Origin: Bacillota bacterium
GTDB taxonomy: Bacteria; Bacillota; Clostridia; Oscillospirales; Oscillospiraceae
DNA length: 64,000 nucleotides
Direction: 5' to 3'
NCBI GenBank assembly: GCA_029224785.1
Contig: JAQXVF010000009.1
Span: forward strand, 10,314-74,313
Shown here: piece after piece, positions 25,716-34,618 of the stretch
Layout: every line of letters begins with the position of its first letter
Numbering within the stretch: position 1 is the first letter of the stretch
Made by a program: the position numbers and the translations under genes
Notes under the pieces: generated by a model
The model's input: the letters and a program-made list of their open reading frames with translations, nothing else
What the model was told of the DNA's origin: nothing
The model's database searches: none

Positions 25716-25720
25716 CTTCT

Positions 25721-25756
25721 GGGCAGCCCTGCAGGGCTGCCCTTTCCATTTTTTTC
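25721..25756 (+). terminator. Rho-independent terminator
   Basis: gggcagccc tgca gggctgccc followed by tttccattttttt. Confidence 0.8.
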
Positions 25757-25821
25757 GGATAGACATATCCGTAAATTCTGCTATAATAGCGGCATACAGC
25801 ATTACAAAAGGAGGCGGCAGC

Positions 25822-26388
25822 ATGAAAGGAAACAGCCATCGTGCTCTTGGAGAGTATCTGGCAGGACGATTCCTGACAGAAGCCGCGCCCCGCTATACCC
25901 GGGCGTTTCTGCTGGGATGTGTGGAGCCTGACCATAATCCCTCTACCTATCTGAAAGGCTCCATCCGCTCCCAATGGCTCCACGGCCACAACTGGGGCAA
26001 TTCCGAGTGCCTGATCTGCCGGTTTTCCAACCGTCTGGAACGCCGCCGCACTCTACACCTCTGGGACTATTACACTCTGGGAAAACTGGTGCACTACACG
26101 GCGGACGCCTTTACATCCGTACATAACGCCCATTTTTCCGCCGGTCTCCGGCATCACCGTATGTACGAAAAAGCCCTGCAGAATCATTTCCTGCAGAACA
26201 TTGACCTGAAAGAACCAGGAGATCTCTCCGGAGAAGACTCCCTGTTTTCGCTGTTGTGCAGCTTCCACGCGGAATACAGCGAAGTCCCATCCAACATCTA
26301 TACGGACACCCACTATGTCCTCAGCGCCTGCTCCGCGGTGGTGGCCATGGTCCTCAGATCCTCTCAGCCGGTCTGCGGAAAATTATGA
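25822..26388 (+). CDS. zinc-dependent phospholipase C family protein
   Basis: 188 aa after AAAGGAGG. Pattern NSHRALGEYL...AFLLGCVEPDHNPS...LGKLVHYTADAFTSVHN matches the small clostridial Zn_dep_PLPC-like family as I recall it. Confidence 0.7.
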   Translation: MKGNSHRALGEYLAGRFLTEAAPRYTRAFLLGCVEPDHNPSTYLKGSIRSQWLHGHNWGNSECLICRFSNRLERRRTLHLWDYYTLGKLVHYTADAFTSVHNAHFSAGLRHHRMYEKALQNHFLQNIDLKEPGDLSGEDSLFSLLCSFHAEYSEVPSNIYTDTHYVLSACSAVVAMVLRSSQPVCGKL

Positions 26389-26407
26389 CAAAATCCGGAT
26401 TTTCCAC

Positions 26408-26436
26408 TTGCAATTATCCACCGGGTGTGGTAGAAT
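26408..26436 (+). promoter_or_regulatory. sigmaA-type promoter of the aro operon leader
   Basis: TTGCAA (26408-13), 17 nt spacer, TAGAAT (26431-36), with TG at 26428-29 (extended -10). Confidence 0.6.
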
Positions 26437-26469
26437 GTCCGCAATGAATGTATTCGGAGGCAAACACCA

Positions 26470-26538
26470 ATGATTCTCTCCACCAGTGCTGCACAGTTCT
26501 TTTTTGGCTACTATTACTTTTTTGCTGAGAAAAAGTAA
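26470..26538 (+). CDS. putative Phe/Tyr-rich leader peptide MILSTSAAQFFFGYYYFFAEKK
   Basis: GGAGG (26456-60) lies 9 nt before ATG 26470. 22 codons. Codons 10-18 (26497-26523) read FFFGYYYFF. Stop TAA 26536-38. Lies between the promoter and the attenuator terminator upstream of aroF. Confidence 0.6.
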   Translation: MILSTSAAQFFFGYYYFFAEKK

Positions 26539-26582
26539 TAGCGTTTTGTGCTGCACAAAAAAACCGTTCCACATGAAATCCC

Positions 26583-26618
26583 GCCGCACAGAATCTCTTC
26601 TGTGCGGCTTTTTATTTT
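26583..26618 (+). terminator. intrinsic terminator (attenuator) in the aro operon leader
   Basis: Perfect 11-bp stem gccgcacagaa (26583-93) / ttctgtgcggc (26598-608), loop tctc, then tttttatttt. The aroF RBS AGGAG is at 26622. Confidence 0.75.
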
Positions 26619-26634
26619 GACAGGAGTTGTTAAC

Positions 26635-27636
26635 ATGATTGCAATACTCAAGCGCGGAACCAGTGCCCAGCAGGCACAGCATCTCATCGATTGGCTGAAA
26701 AACATGAACCTGGATGTTCATGTCTCCACCGGCACGGAAATCACCGTTCTGGGTCTCATCGGCGATACCAGCCGTGTGGACATGGAACTGCTTTCCAGTC
26801 TGGAGATCGTGGACAGCGTTAAGCGCGTGTCCGAGCCCTACAAGCAGGCCAATCGGAAATTCCATCCAAACGACAGCGTCATTCAGGCAGGACAGGTCTC
26901 CATCGGAGGCGGCAATTTTGCCCTGATTGCCGGTCCCTGCTCTGTGGAATGCGAGGAGCAGATCATTGAAGTGGCGCAGTCCGTGAAGAAATCCGGTGCA
27001 AACATCCTTCGTGGCGGCGCATTCAAGCCCCGCACCTCCCCCTATGCCTTCCAGGGCCTGAAAGCTGAGGGTATCCGGCTTCTTCTGGAAGCAAAAAAAG
27101 CCACCGGACTTCCCATCATCACCGAGATTATGGATATCCGCACGCTGGATCTGTTCGAGGATGTGGATATCATCCAGGTAGGCGCAAGAAATATGCAGAA
27201 CTTCGATCTTCTGCAGGAGCTGGGCAGCACAAATAAGCCCATTCTGCTCAAGCGCGGCCTGGCCAATACCATTCAGGAGCTGCTGATGAGTGCGGAATAC
27301 ATTATGAGCCGCGGAAACGAGAACATCATTCTCTGTGAGCGCGGCATCCGCACCTATGAGACCGCTACCAGAAACACGCTGGACCTGTCTGCCGTTCCTG
27401 TTCTCCACGAGCTGACCCACCTGCCCGTAGTGGTGGATCCCAGCCATGCCACCGGACGTGTTTCCCTGGTGCCTCCCATGGCCGCAGCCGCAGCCGCCTG
27501 CGGAGCAGACGGCATCATGGTGGAGGTTCACAACAACCCGAGCTGTGCCCTGTGCGACGGTGCCCAGTCTCTGACGCCTGTTCAGTTTGACGAAGTGGCA
27601 GCGAAGGTTCGCCGGATTCGGGAGGCTATCTCATGA
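26635..27636 (+). CDS. aroF: 3-deoxy-7-phosphoheptulonate (DAHP) synthase, type I-beta with N-terminal ferredoxin-like regulatory domain
   Basis: Start MIAILKRG at 26635, 8 nt after AGGAG. Motifs [42 protein letters not shown]. Confidence 0.9.
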   Translation: MIAILKRGTSAQQAQHLIDWLKNMNLDVHVSTGTEITVLGLIGDTSRVDMELLSSLEIVDSVKRVSEPYKQANRKFHPNDSVIQAGQVSIGGGNFALIAGPCSVECEEQIIEVAQSVKKSGANILRGGAFKPRTSPYAFQGLKAEGIRLLLEAKKATGLPIITEIMDIRTLDLFEDVDIIQVGARNMQNFDLLQELGSTNKPILLKRGLANTIQELLMSAEYIMSRGNENIILCERGIRTYETATRNTLDLSAVPVLHELTHLPVVVDPSHATGRVSLVPPMAAAAAACGADGIMVEVHNNPSCALCDGAQSLTPVQFDEVAAKVRRIREAIS

Positions 27637-28463
27637 CCGTCGGGATTCTCGGACTGGGTCTCATCGGCGGCTCCATGGCAAGGGCCTATTCCGTAGCCGG
27701 GCATACGGTGCTTGCCGCGGACCGGGATGAAACCATTCTCTCCTTCGCCATGCTGACCGGAGCCGTCCACGGCGTTCTGGACAGCGGCAGCATCGGCTCC
27801 TGTGATTTGATCCTCCTTGCCATTTATCCCGGCGGGTCTGCCGCCTGGCTGGAGGAGCACGCCGGTCAGGTCAGTCCCCATGCGGTGGTTATTGACTGCT
27901 GCGGTATCAAAACAGAGATCTGCCGCCGGTGCTTTCCCTTAGCGAAGAAATACGGTTTCCTCTTTGTAGGCGGGCATCCCATGGCCGGCTCCCAGTTTTC
28001 CGGCTTCAAATACAGCCGTGCGGGACTGTTTCTGGGTGCCCCTATGGTCCTGGTTCCGCCCCGGTTTGACGATATTGCCATGCTGGAACGGGTCAAGGAT
28101 CTCCTCAAACCCTGTGGCTTCGGCTCCTTCTCCGTGACCACCGCGCAGGAACACGATGAACTGATCGCCTTTACCTCCCAGATGCCCCACATTCTCAGTA
28201 ACGCCTTCATTAAGTCTCCCACCGCTCTGAAGCATAAGGGCTTCTCCGCCGGAAGCTACAAGGATCTGACACGGGTAGCCTGGCTGAATGCTCCCATGTG
28301 GGCGGAGCTTTGCATGGACAACCGGGATAACACCATCCGGGAGCTGGAAGTCTATCTCGAAAATCTGAGCAAATACCTGACTGTCCTGAAAGACCGGGAT
28401 ATGGAAGGACTGACCGCCCTCCTGGAGGAAGGAAAAATACGAAAGGAAGAGGTAGACGGATGA
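27633..28463 (+). CDS. tyrA: prephenate dehydrogenase
   Basis: ILGLGLIGGS Rossmann motif plus GGHPMAG. ATGA overlap with aroF. Confidence 0.85.
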   Translation: MTVGILGLGLIGGSMARAYSVAGHTVLAADRDETILSFAMLTGAVHGVLDSGSIGSCDLILLAIYPGGSAAWLEEHAGQVSPHAVVIDCCGIKTEICRRCFPLAKKYGFLFVGGHPMAGSQFSGFKYSRAGLFLGAPMVLVPPRFDDIAMLERVKDLLKPCGFGSFSVTTAQEHDELIAFTSQMPHILSNAFIKSPTALKHKGFSAGSYKDLTRVAWLNAPMWAELCMDNRDNTIRELEVYLENLSKYLTVLKDRDMEGLTALLEEGKIRKEEVDG

Positions 28464-29512
28464 TCACCATTCCCATTACTGCGTCCAGAACATATGAGGT
28501 CCGGATCGGAAGCGGACTTCTGGAAGAACTGGGCTCTCAGTCTCGTGAAATCGTCAAGGCAGAGACTGCCGTTGTGGTTTCCGACAGCACAGTCTTTCCC
28601 CTCTACGGTGAATATGCCCTTTCTTCCCTGAAAAAGGCCGGTTTCCGATGCCTTTCCTTTGTTTTCCCAGCCGGAGAAGAGAGCAAAAACGCCGCTACTT
28701 ACCTTTCTCTGCTGGGATTTCTGGCAGAGAAACGGATCACACGTTCGGATCTGCTGGTTGCCCTGGGGGGCGGCGTTGTCGGCGATCTGACCGGGTTTGC
28801 CGCAGCCACCTATCTGCGGGGTATCCCGTACATTCAGGTGCCTACGACCCTGCTGTCCGCCGTAGATTCGTCTGTAGGCGGAAAAACCGCAATCGATCTT
28901 CCGGAGGGAAAAAACCTGGTTGGTGCATTCTACCAGCCCAGCCTTGTGATCTGTGATACCGACACCCTGAACACCCTGCCTGAGGATATTTTTCTTGACG
29001 GCTGCGCTGAGGTCATCAAGTATGGTATTTTGTTTGACCCGACGCTCTTTTCCGCCCTGGAAGAATCCGGCCCTGCATTTTCCCGGGAACAGGTCATTGC
29101 CGCCTGCGTGAAATGGAAGCGGGATGTCGTTGCACAGGACGAATTTGACACCGGACTTCGAAAAATGCTGAATCTGGGACACACCGTTGGCCACGGTGTG
29201 GAAGCCGGAAGCCAGTTTGCCCTGTCTCACGGGAAATCGGTAGCCATCGGTACCGCCATTGTCACCCGTGCCGCTGCCTCGAAGGGCATTTGCAGCAAGG
29301 AGACGGAAACCCGTATTCTGCGGTGTCTGGAAAAATTCAGCCTTCCTGTCAGGACCGATTTTTCTCCGGAGCAGCTTGCCGCCTATGCCCTTTCCGACAA
29401 AAAACGCCGAGGCGGCACGGTAGATCTGATCCTCCCACGTCAGATCGGAGACTGTATCATCGTTCCCACCTCTGTGGAAGACATCCAATCCCTGATTGAA
29501 GCCGGAGTGTAA
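28460..29512 (+). CDS. aroB: 3-dehydroquinate synthase
   Basis: ALGGGVVGDLTGFAAATYLRGIPYIQVPTTLLSAVDSSVGGKTAI and NLGHTVGHGVE. ATGA overlap with tyrA. Confidence 0.9.
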   Translation: MITIPITASRTYEVRIGSGLLEELGSQSREIVKAETAVVVSDSTVFPLYGEYALSSLKKAGFRCLSFVFPAGEESKNAATYLSLLGFLAEKRITRSDLLVALGGGVVGDLTGFAAATYLRGIPYIQVPTTLLSAVDSSVGGKTAIDLPEGKNLVGAFYQPSLVICDTDTLNTLPEDIFLDGCAEVIKYGILFDPTLFSALEESGPAFSREQVIAACVKWKRDVVAQDEFDTGLRKMLNLGHTVGHGVEAGSQFALSHGKSVAIGTAIVTRAAASKGICSKETETRILRCLEKFSLPVRTDFSPEQLAAYALSDKKRRGGTVDLILPRQIGDCIIVPTSVEDIQSLIEAGV

Positions 29513-29513
29513 T

Positions 29514-30695
29514 ATGAATGTGACGATTTCTCCCGGGCCGCTCCACGGTACGGTGCATGCCATTGCCTCCAAGTCTGTGGCCCACCGCATCCTGATCTGC
29601 TCGGCATTTGCCGATCGGGAAACCATCCTCGACTGCCCGGAAACCAACGATGACATTGAGGCCACAGCCTCCTGTCTGCGTTCCCTGGGAGCCACCGTGA
29701 TTCGGACTCAGACCGGATACCGGGTGATCCCGGCAGAAGCTATTCCCCAAAAAGCCCTTTTGCACTGCGGTGAAAGCGGGTCTACTCTTCGTTTTCTCCT
29801 TCCTGTTGCCGGGGCTTTGGGAGTGGAAGCCACCTTCCGGCTTGCCGGAAGGCTGCCCCAGCGCCCGTTATCTCCTCTGTGGGAGGAAATGGAGCGAATG
29901 GGATGCACACTGTCCCGCCCCACGGAGGACACGCTTCTATGCCGTGGAAAGCTGCGGCCGGGAGATTACCGGATCGACCCTGGAATCTCCAGCCAGTTCG
30001 TTTCCGGGCTCCTGTTTGCCATGGCGCTGACGGAAGGCTCCTCCCGGCTGACGCTTTACGGAAAGGCGGAATCCCAGCCCTACATTGCCATGACCCGGGA
30101 CGCGCTTTCCCGGTTCGGCGTGCGTACAGAGGACTATGCGGTTACGGAAAACCACCATCTGGTCTCACCGGGCACCGTGAAAGTGGAGGGCGACTGGAGC
30201 AACGCCGCATTTTTCCTGGCGGCAAAAGCCCTGGGAAACGACCTGACCGTTACCAATCTGAATCCCGGAAGCGCCCAGGGTGACCGGGCCGTTGTGGATG
30301 TTCTGGAAAGCCTGAACGCTTTTTCCCGGATTGACGCAGCGGACATTCCGGACCTGGTTCCCGTTCTGGCAGTTGCAGCCGGAGCAAAATCCGGCGCCGA
30401 ATTTCGTAATATCCGCCGCCTGCGTCTGAAGGAATCCGACCGGGTGGAGTCCGTATGCGCGATGATCCGCTCCCTGGGGGGCCGGGCGGAATCCACGGAA
30501 AACACCCTTACCGTGTATCCCACAGGATATTCCGGCGGAACCGTTGACTCTGCAGGAGATCACCGCATCGCCATGTCTGCAGCCATTGCCGCTACCGTCG
30601 CCACCGGACCGGTTACGGTTCTGGAGGCCCAATGCGTCCGGAAATCCTATCCGGATTTCTGGAACGTGTATCAACAATTGGGGGGAAAACTATGA
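29514..30695 (+). CDS. aroA: 3-phosphoshikimate 1-carboxyvinyltransferase (EPSP synthase)
   Basis: Start MNVTISPGPLHGTV at 29514 (the track ORF begins at TTG 29496). Motifs ASKSVAHR, LHCGESGSTLRFL, LRLKESDR, DHRIAMS. Confidence 0.9.
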   Translation: MNVTISPGPLHGTVHAIASKSVAHRILICSAFADRETILDCPETNDDIEATASCLRSLGATVIRTQTGYRVIPAEAIPQKALLHCGESGSTLRFLLPVAGALGVEATFRLAGRLPQRPLSPLWEEMERMGCTLSRPTEDTLLCRGKLRPGDYRIDPGISSQFVSGLLFAMALTEGSSRLTLYGKAESQPYIAMTRDALSRFGVRTEDYAVTENHHLVSPGTVKVEGDWSNAAFFLAAKALGNDLTVTNLNPGSAQGDRAVVDVLESLNAFSRIDAADIPDLVPVLAVAAGAKSGAEFRNIRRLRLKESDRVESVCAMIRSLGGRAESTENTLTVYPTGYSGGTVDSAGDHRIAMSAAIAATVATGPVTVLEAQCVRKSYPDFWNVYQQLGGKL

Positions 30696-31768
30696 GCAGT
30701 ACCTTTGGACAGAGCCTGAAGCTGTCCATTTTCGGTCAATCCCACGGTGCCGCCATCGGAATGACCTTGGATGGGATTCCGGCGGGACTGCCGGTGGATT
30801 TTGACCGGCTTCAGGCATTTCTGAACCGCCGGGCACCGGGGCAGAACGACTATTCCACTCCCCGGAAAGAGGCAGACCTGCCGGAGTTTCCCGCCGGAAT
30901 CGTGGATGGATTCACCTGCGGCGCTCCCATTGCGGCTCTGATCCGCAACACCAACACCCGTTCCGGAGACTACAGCGATCTGCGTGATCGTCCCCGTCCC
31001 GGCCATGCGGACTACACGGCTGCCGTGAAATATGGGGGATTTCAGGACGTTGCCGGAGGAGGACACTTTTCCGGCAGGCTGACGGCGCCCCTTTGCATTG
31101 CCGGAGGGCTTTGCCTGCAGTGGCTGGAAAAGCAGGGAATCTCCGTATTCGCCCACATTCTGCAGATCGGTTCTGTGCGGGATCAGGCATTTGACCCCCT
31201 GAATCCGGATCCGGAGAGGATTCACACCCCCTTCCCCGTCCTGGATCCGGAGAAAGGAGCCGCCATGCAGGCAGAGATTTCAACCGCCAGGTCGGACGGC
31301 GACAGCATCGGCGGAATTGTGGAATGTGCAATTACCGGACTTCCCGTTGGATTGGGAGATCCCATGTTCGACGGGGTGGAAAACCGGATTGCATCCATCG
31401 TTTTCGGAATCCCTGCCGTAAAGGGTGTGGATTTCGGAAGCGGCTTTGACGCCGCCTGTCTCCGGGGAAGCCAGAATAACGACGGTTATCTGATGAAAGA
31501 CGGAAAAGTCAGTCTGCTCTCCAATCATGCAGGCGGCATCCTGGGCGGAATTTCCAACGGCGCACCGGTGATTTTCCGCTCTGCCATCAAGCCCACCCCG
31601 TCCATTTCCCGAACGCAGCACACCGTATCCCTTTCAAAAGGTACCGACTGCACACTGAATGTTCAGGGCCGCCATGACCCCTGCATCGTCCCCAGAGCAG
31701 TTCCCGTTGTGGAAGCTGCCGCTGCCCTTGCCGTTTTTGATCTCTGCCTGGGCAGTCACCATATCTAA
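30692..31768 (+). CDS. aroC: chorismate synthase
   Basis: Start MSSTFGQSLKLSIFGQSHG at 30692 (ATGA overlap with aroA). Motifs RPGHADY, GGGHFSGR, GRHDPC. Confidence 0.9.
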   Translation: MSSTFGQSLKLSIFGQSHGAAIGMTLDGIPAGLPVDFDRLQAFLNRRAPGQNDYSTPRKEADLPEFPAGIVDGFTCGAPIAALIRNTNTRSGDYSDLRDRPRPGHADYTAAVKYGGFQDVAGGGHFSGRLTAPLCIAGGLCLQWLEKQGISVFAHILQIGSVRDQAFDPLNPDPERIHTPFPVLDPEKGAAMQAEISTARSDGDSIGGIVECAITGLPVGLGDPMFDGVENRIASIVFGIPAVKGVDFGSGFDAACLRGSQNNDGYLMKDGKVSLLSNHAGGILGGISNGAPVIFRSAIKPTPSISRTQHTVSLSKGTDCTLNVQGRHDPCIVPRAVPVVEAAAALAVFDLCLGSHHI

Positions 31769-31780
31769 GGAGGAAGAAAA

Positions 31781-32923
31781 ATGGATTTATCGGAACTTCG
31801 TACCCAGATCGATGGAATTGACAGTCAGATCGTGGATCTGTTCTGCAAGAGAATGGAAACGTCGGCCATGATTGCCGCCTACAAGCAGGAGCACGGGCTG
31901 CCGATCTACGTTCCGGCCCGAGAGCGGGATAAGCTGCAGGAGGTCAGCCGCCTTGCCGGGGAGAGTATGGAAACCTATACCCGCGTTCTGTACTCCATGC
32001 TGTTTGAGCTGAGCCGCAGCTACCAGAGCAAATGCAACAACAGCACCTCTCCCCTTTACAAGGAAATCTCCGACGCAATCGCAAACACGCCCAATCTCTT
32101 CCCCCAGAGCGCCATGGTTGCCTGTCAGGGCGTAGAGGGAGCCTATAGCCAGATTGCCTGCGAGAAGATCTTCAAGTCCCCCATGGTCATGTATTTCAAG
32201 AATTGGGAAAGCGTCTTTACCGCCATCGAAAAGGGCCTGTGCCAGTACGGTATTCTTCCAATCGAAAACTCCACTGCCGGATCCGTTACCAAGGTGTATG
32301 ATCTGATGATCCGGCATAATTTTTCCATCGTCCGGACCTTCCGCCTGAAGGTGGACCACAACCTGCTTGCAAATCCCGGGGCAAAGATAGAGGATATCCG
32401 GGAGGTCTATTCTCACGAGCAGGCCATCCATCAGTGCAGCGATTTCCTCAGCCAGCACCCCAATATTGTGGTTCACGCCGTAGAAAACACTGCTGTCGCT
32501 TCGGAAATGGTTGCAAAATCCGGTCGGAAGGACATTGCCGCTCTGTCCAGCCGCAACTGCGCTGAACTGTACGGTCTGAGCATTCTGGCAAGCTCCGTTC
32601 AGGACACCGGCAACAACCGGACCCGGTTCATCTGCATCAGCAAGAAAATGGAGATTTATCCCGGCTCCGATAAGACCAGCATTATGATGATCCTTCCTCA
32701 CAGGCCCGGCTCCCTGTACCGTGTGCTGGCACGACTCTTTGTCCTGGGCATCAACGTAACGAAGCTGGAGTCCCGCCCCATTCCGGACAGGGATTTTGAA
32801 TTCATGTTCTACTTTGATCTGGAAACCTCCATTTATTCCGAAGAGTTTATTCAGTTGATGTGTGAACTGGACCAGCTCTGCGAAGAATTCAAGTATCTGG
32901 GCAGCTACTGCGAGGTCGTATGA
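31781..32923 (+). CDS. pheA: bifunctional chorismate mutase / prephenate dehydratase (with ACT domain)
   Basis: N-terminal CM helix LRTQIDGIDSQIVDLFCKR. PDT core VACQGVEGAYS...PIENSTAGSV. C-terminal ACT-like TSIMMILPHRPGSLYRVL...ESRP. Confidence 0.9.
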   Translation: MDLSELRTQIDGIDSQIVDLFCKRMETSAMIAAYKQEHGLPIYVPARERDKLQEVSRLAGESMETYTRVLYSMLFELSRSYQSKCNNSTSPLYKEISDAIANTPNLFPQSAMVACQGVEGAYSQIACEKIFKSPMVMYFKNWESVFTAIEKGLCQYGILPIENSTAGSVTKVYDLMIRHNFSIVRTFRLKVDHNLLANPGAKIEDIREVYSHEQAIHQCSDFLSQHPNIVVHAVENTAVASEMVAKSGRKDIAALSSRNCAELYGLSILASSVQDTGNNRTRFICISKKMEIYPGSDKTSIMMILPHRPGSLYRVLARLFVLGINVTKLESRPIPDRDFEFMFYFDLETSIYSEEFIQLMCELDQLCEEFKYLGSYCEVV

Positions 32924-34143
32924 TGAAATGCGGCCTTTTGGGCGGGAAGCTGGGTCACAGCTATTCCCCGCAGATCCACGGCATGCTTGCCGATTATGAA
33001 TACCTGCTCTATGAAAAAACCCAGGAGGAGCTTTCGGAGTTTCTCCTTCATTCGGATGTCTGCGGTTTGAACGTCACCATTCCCTATAAGAAGACCGTGA
33101 TTCCCTTCTGCGCGGAGCTATCTCCCCGGGCACAGCGGCTGGGAGCCGTCAACACCCTGGTCCGGCGACCCGACGGCACCCTTGTGGGACATAACACCGA
33201 CTATTTCGGCTTTGAGACGCTGCTTCATCACAGCGGTCTGTCCGTTTCCGGGAAAAAAGCGCTGGTGCTGGGCAGCGGCGGCGCTTCTGCAACCGCGGTG
33301 GCCGTTCTGCAAGACCAAGGCGCTGACACCATTGTCATCTCCCGTTCCGGGGAAAACAACTATCAGAATCTGGGCCGTCACCGGGATGCCGCGCTGATCG
33401 TCAATGCTACCCCGGTGGGAATGTATCCGGGCAACGGCGCTGCTCCCCTGTCTCTGGATGGCTTTCCCCAACTGGAAGGGGTTCTGGACATGGTTTATAA
33501 CCCTGCCCGGACATCGCTGCTGCTGCAGGCAGAGGAACGCGGCATCCCTGCCGCAAACGGACTTCTCATGCTGGTGGCTCAGGCGAAGGAAAGCGCCGAG
33601 TGGTTCTTAGGGAAACCCATTTCGCAGGATGTGATTCCGAAGATCACCCGAAAGCTGAGATCCCAGATGGAAAACATCATTCTGATCGGCATGCCCGGCA
33701 GCGGAAAAACCACGGTTTCCTCCATCCTTCTGCAAAAAACCGGCAGGAAAACGGTGGATTCGGATGAAGAGTTCCTGGCCCGTTTCGGAAGAACACCTGC
33801 CCAGACAATCACGGAGGACGGCGAGGCCGCTTTTCGCCGGTTGGAAAGTCAAATGCTTGCTGAGCTGGGAAAACTGTCCGGCATTGTGCTGGCAACCGGC
33901 GGCGGATGCGTTACCGTTCCGGAAAACTATCCCCTGCTTCATCAAAATGGGACATTGTTTTATCTCCAACGCTCCCTGGATCTGCTTCCGTTGGACGGAC
34001 GCCCCATCTCCCGGAGCACCGGTGTGGAAGCGCTGTTTCAGAAGCGGGATCCCCTTTACCGTCAGTTTGCCGATCACCTGATCGACAACAACGGCCTGCC
34101 GGAAGCAGCGGCAGACCAGATCATGTCCATTTTGGGAGAGTGA
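32920..34143 (+). CDS. aroE: fused shikimate dehydrogenase / shikimate kinase
   Basis: N-terminal half: GHSYSPQIHG, NVTIPYK, GAVNTL, GHNTDYFG, LGSGGAS. C-terminal half: IILIGMPGSGKTTVS...DSDEE...LATGGG (AroK P-loop and core). Confidence 0.85.
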   Translation: MMKCGLLGGKLGHSYSPQIHGMLADYEYLLYEKTQEELSEFLLHSDVCGLNVTIPYKKTVIPFCAELSPRAQRLGAVNTLVRRPDGTLVGHNTDYFGFETLLHHSGLSVSGKKALVLGSGGASATAVAVLQDQGADTIVISRSGENNYQNLGRHRDAALIVNATPVGMYPGNGAAPLSLDGFPQLEGVLDMVYNPARTSLLLQAEERGIPAANGLLMLVAQAKESAEWFLGKPISQDVIPKITRKLRSQMENIILIGMPGSGKTTVSSILLQKTGRKTVDSDEEFLARFGRTPAQTITEDGEAAFRRLESQMLAELGKLSGIVLATGGGCVTVPENYPLLHQNGTLFYLQRSLDLLPLDGRPISRSTGVEALFQKRDPLYRQFADHLIDNNGLPEAAADQIMSILGE

Positions 34144-34147
34144 TATT

Positions 34148-34582
34148 ATGAAAATCCTGGTGATCAACGGTCCGAACATCAACATGGTGGGAATCCGGGA
34201 ACCGGGGATCTACGGAAAGCAGTCCTTTTCCGATCTTCTGACCATGTTGCAGCAGACCGCGAAGGAGGATCAGATTACCATCGATCAGTTCCAGTCCAAC
34301 CATGAGGGTGCCATTGTGGACACCATCCAGGCCGCTCTGGGCGTATATGACGGTATCGTCATCAATCCGGCTGCCTACACCCATACATCCGTTGCCATTC
34401 TGGATGCGCTGAAAGCCGTATCCATCCCCGCAGTGGAGGTCCATATCTCCGATGTGGATGCACGGGAGAGCTTCCGGCAGATCTCCTACGCCGGAAAAGC
34501 CTGCTTTGCCACCATCAAGGGACACGGTCTGCAGGGCTATGTGGAAGCCGTTCGTCTTTTGGAAAAGAAGCTAAGTGAATAA
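34148..34582 (+). CDS. aroQ: type II 3-dehydroquinate dehydratase
   Basis: MKILVINGPNINMVGIREPGIYG...QSNHEGAIVD...INPAAYTHTSVAI...EVHISD. Confidence 0.9.
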   Translation: MKILVINGPNINMVGIREPGIYGKQSFSDLLTMLQQTAKEDQITIDQFQSNHEGAIVDTIQAALGVYDGIVINPAAYTHTSVAILDALKAVSIPAVEVHISDVDARESFRQISYAGKACFATIKGHGLQGYVEAVRLLEKKLSE

Positions 34583-34583
34583 C

Positions 34584-34618
34584 AAAAAACAGAGGTGGAA
34601 ATCCCACCTCTGTTTTTT
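34584..34618. terminator. bidirectional Rho-independent terminator
   Basis: aaaaaacagaggtgg / ccacctctgtttttt with loop aaatc. Shared by aroQ (+) and the FtsX permease gene (-), whose stop it overlaps. Confidence 0.85.

Noticed and set aside
23190-25823. 877-aa minus-strand ORF, plus many other long antisense ORFs (e.g. 6641..7771, 7680..9281, 16256..17254, 26383..27531, 28352..29695, 31787..32701, 39979..41397, 42678..43703, 44395..45486, 49925..51049, 55938..57092, 61990..63918)
   Set aside because: Each lies opposite a gene with strong family motifs and proper RBS/overlap structure. The translations are low-complexity (G/R/H/Q/P-rich) with no recognisable domains. Long stop-free antisense frames are expected in a GC-rich, codon-biased genome.
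26389-26634. T-box (Tyr/Phe) riboswitch upstream of aroF, the usual Firmicute solution
   Set aside because: There is no AGAGA/specifier-loop/T-box (UGGNACCGCG) motif in the leader. The leader is only about 190 nt and is instead occupied by a translatable F/Y-rich ORF.
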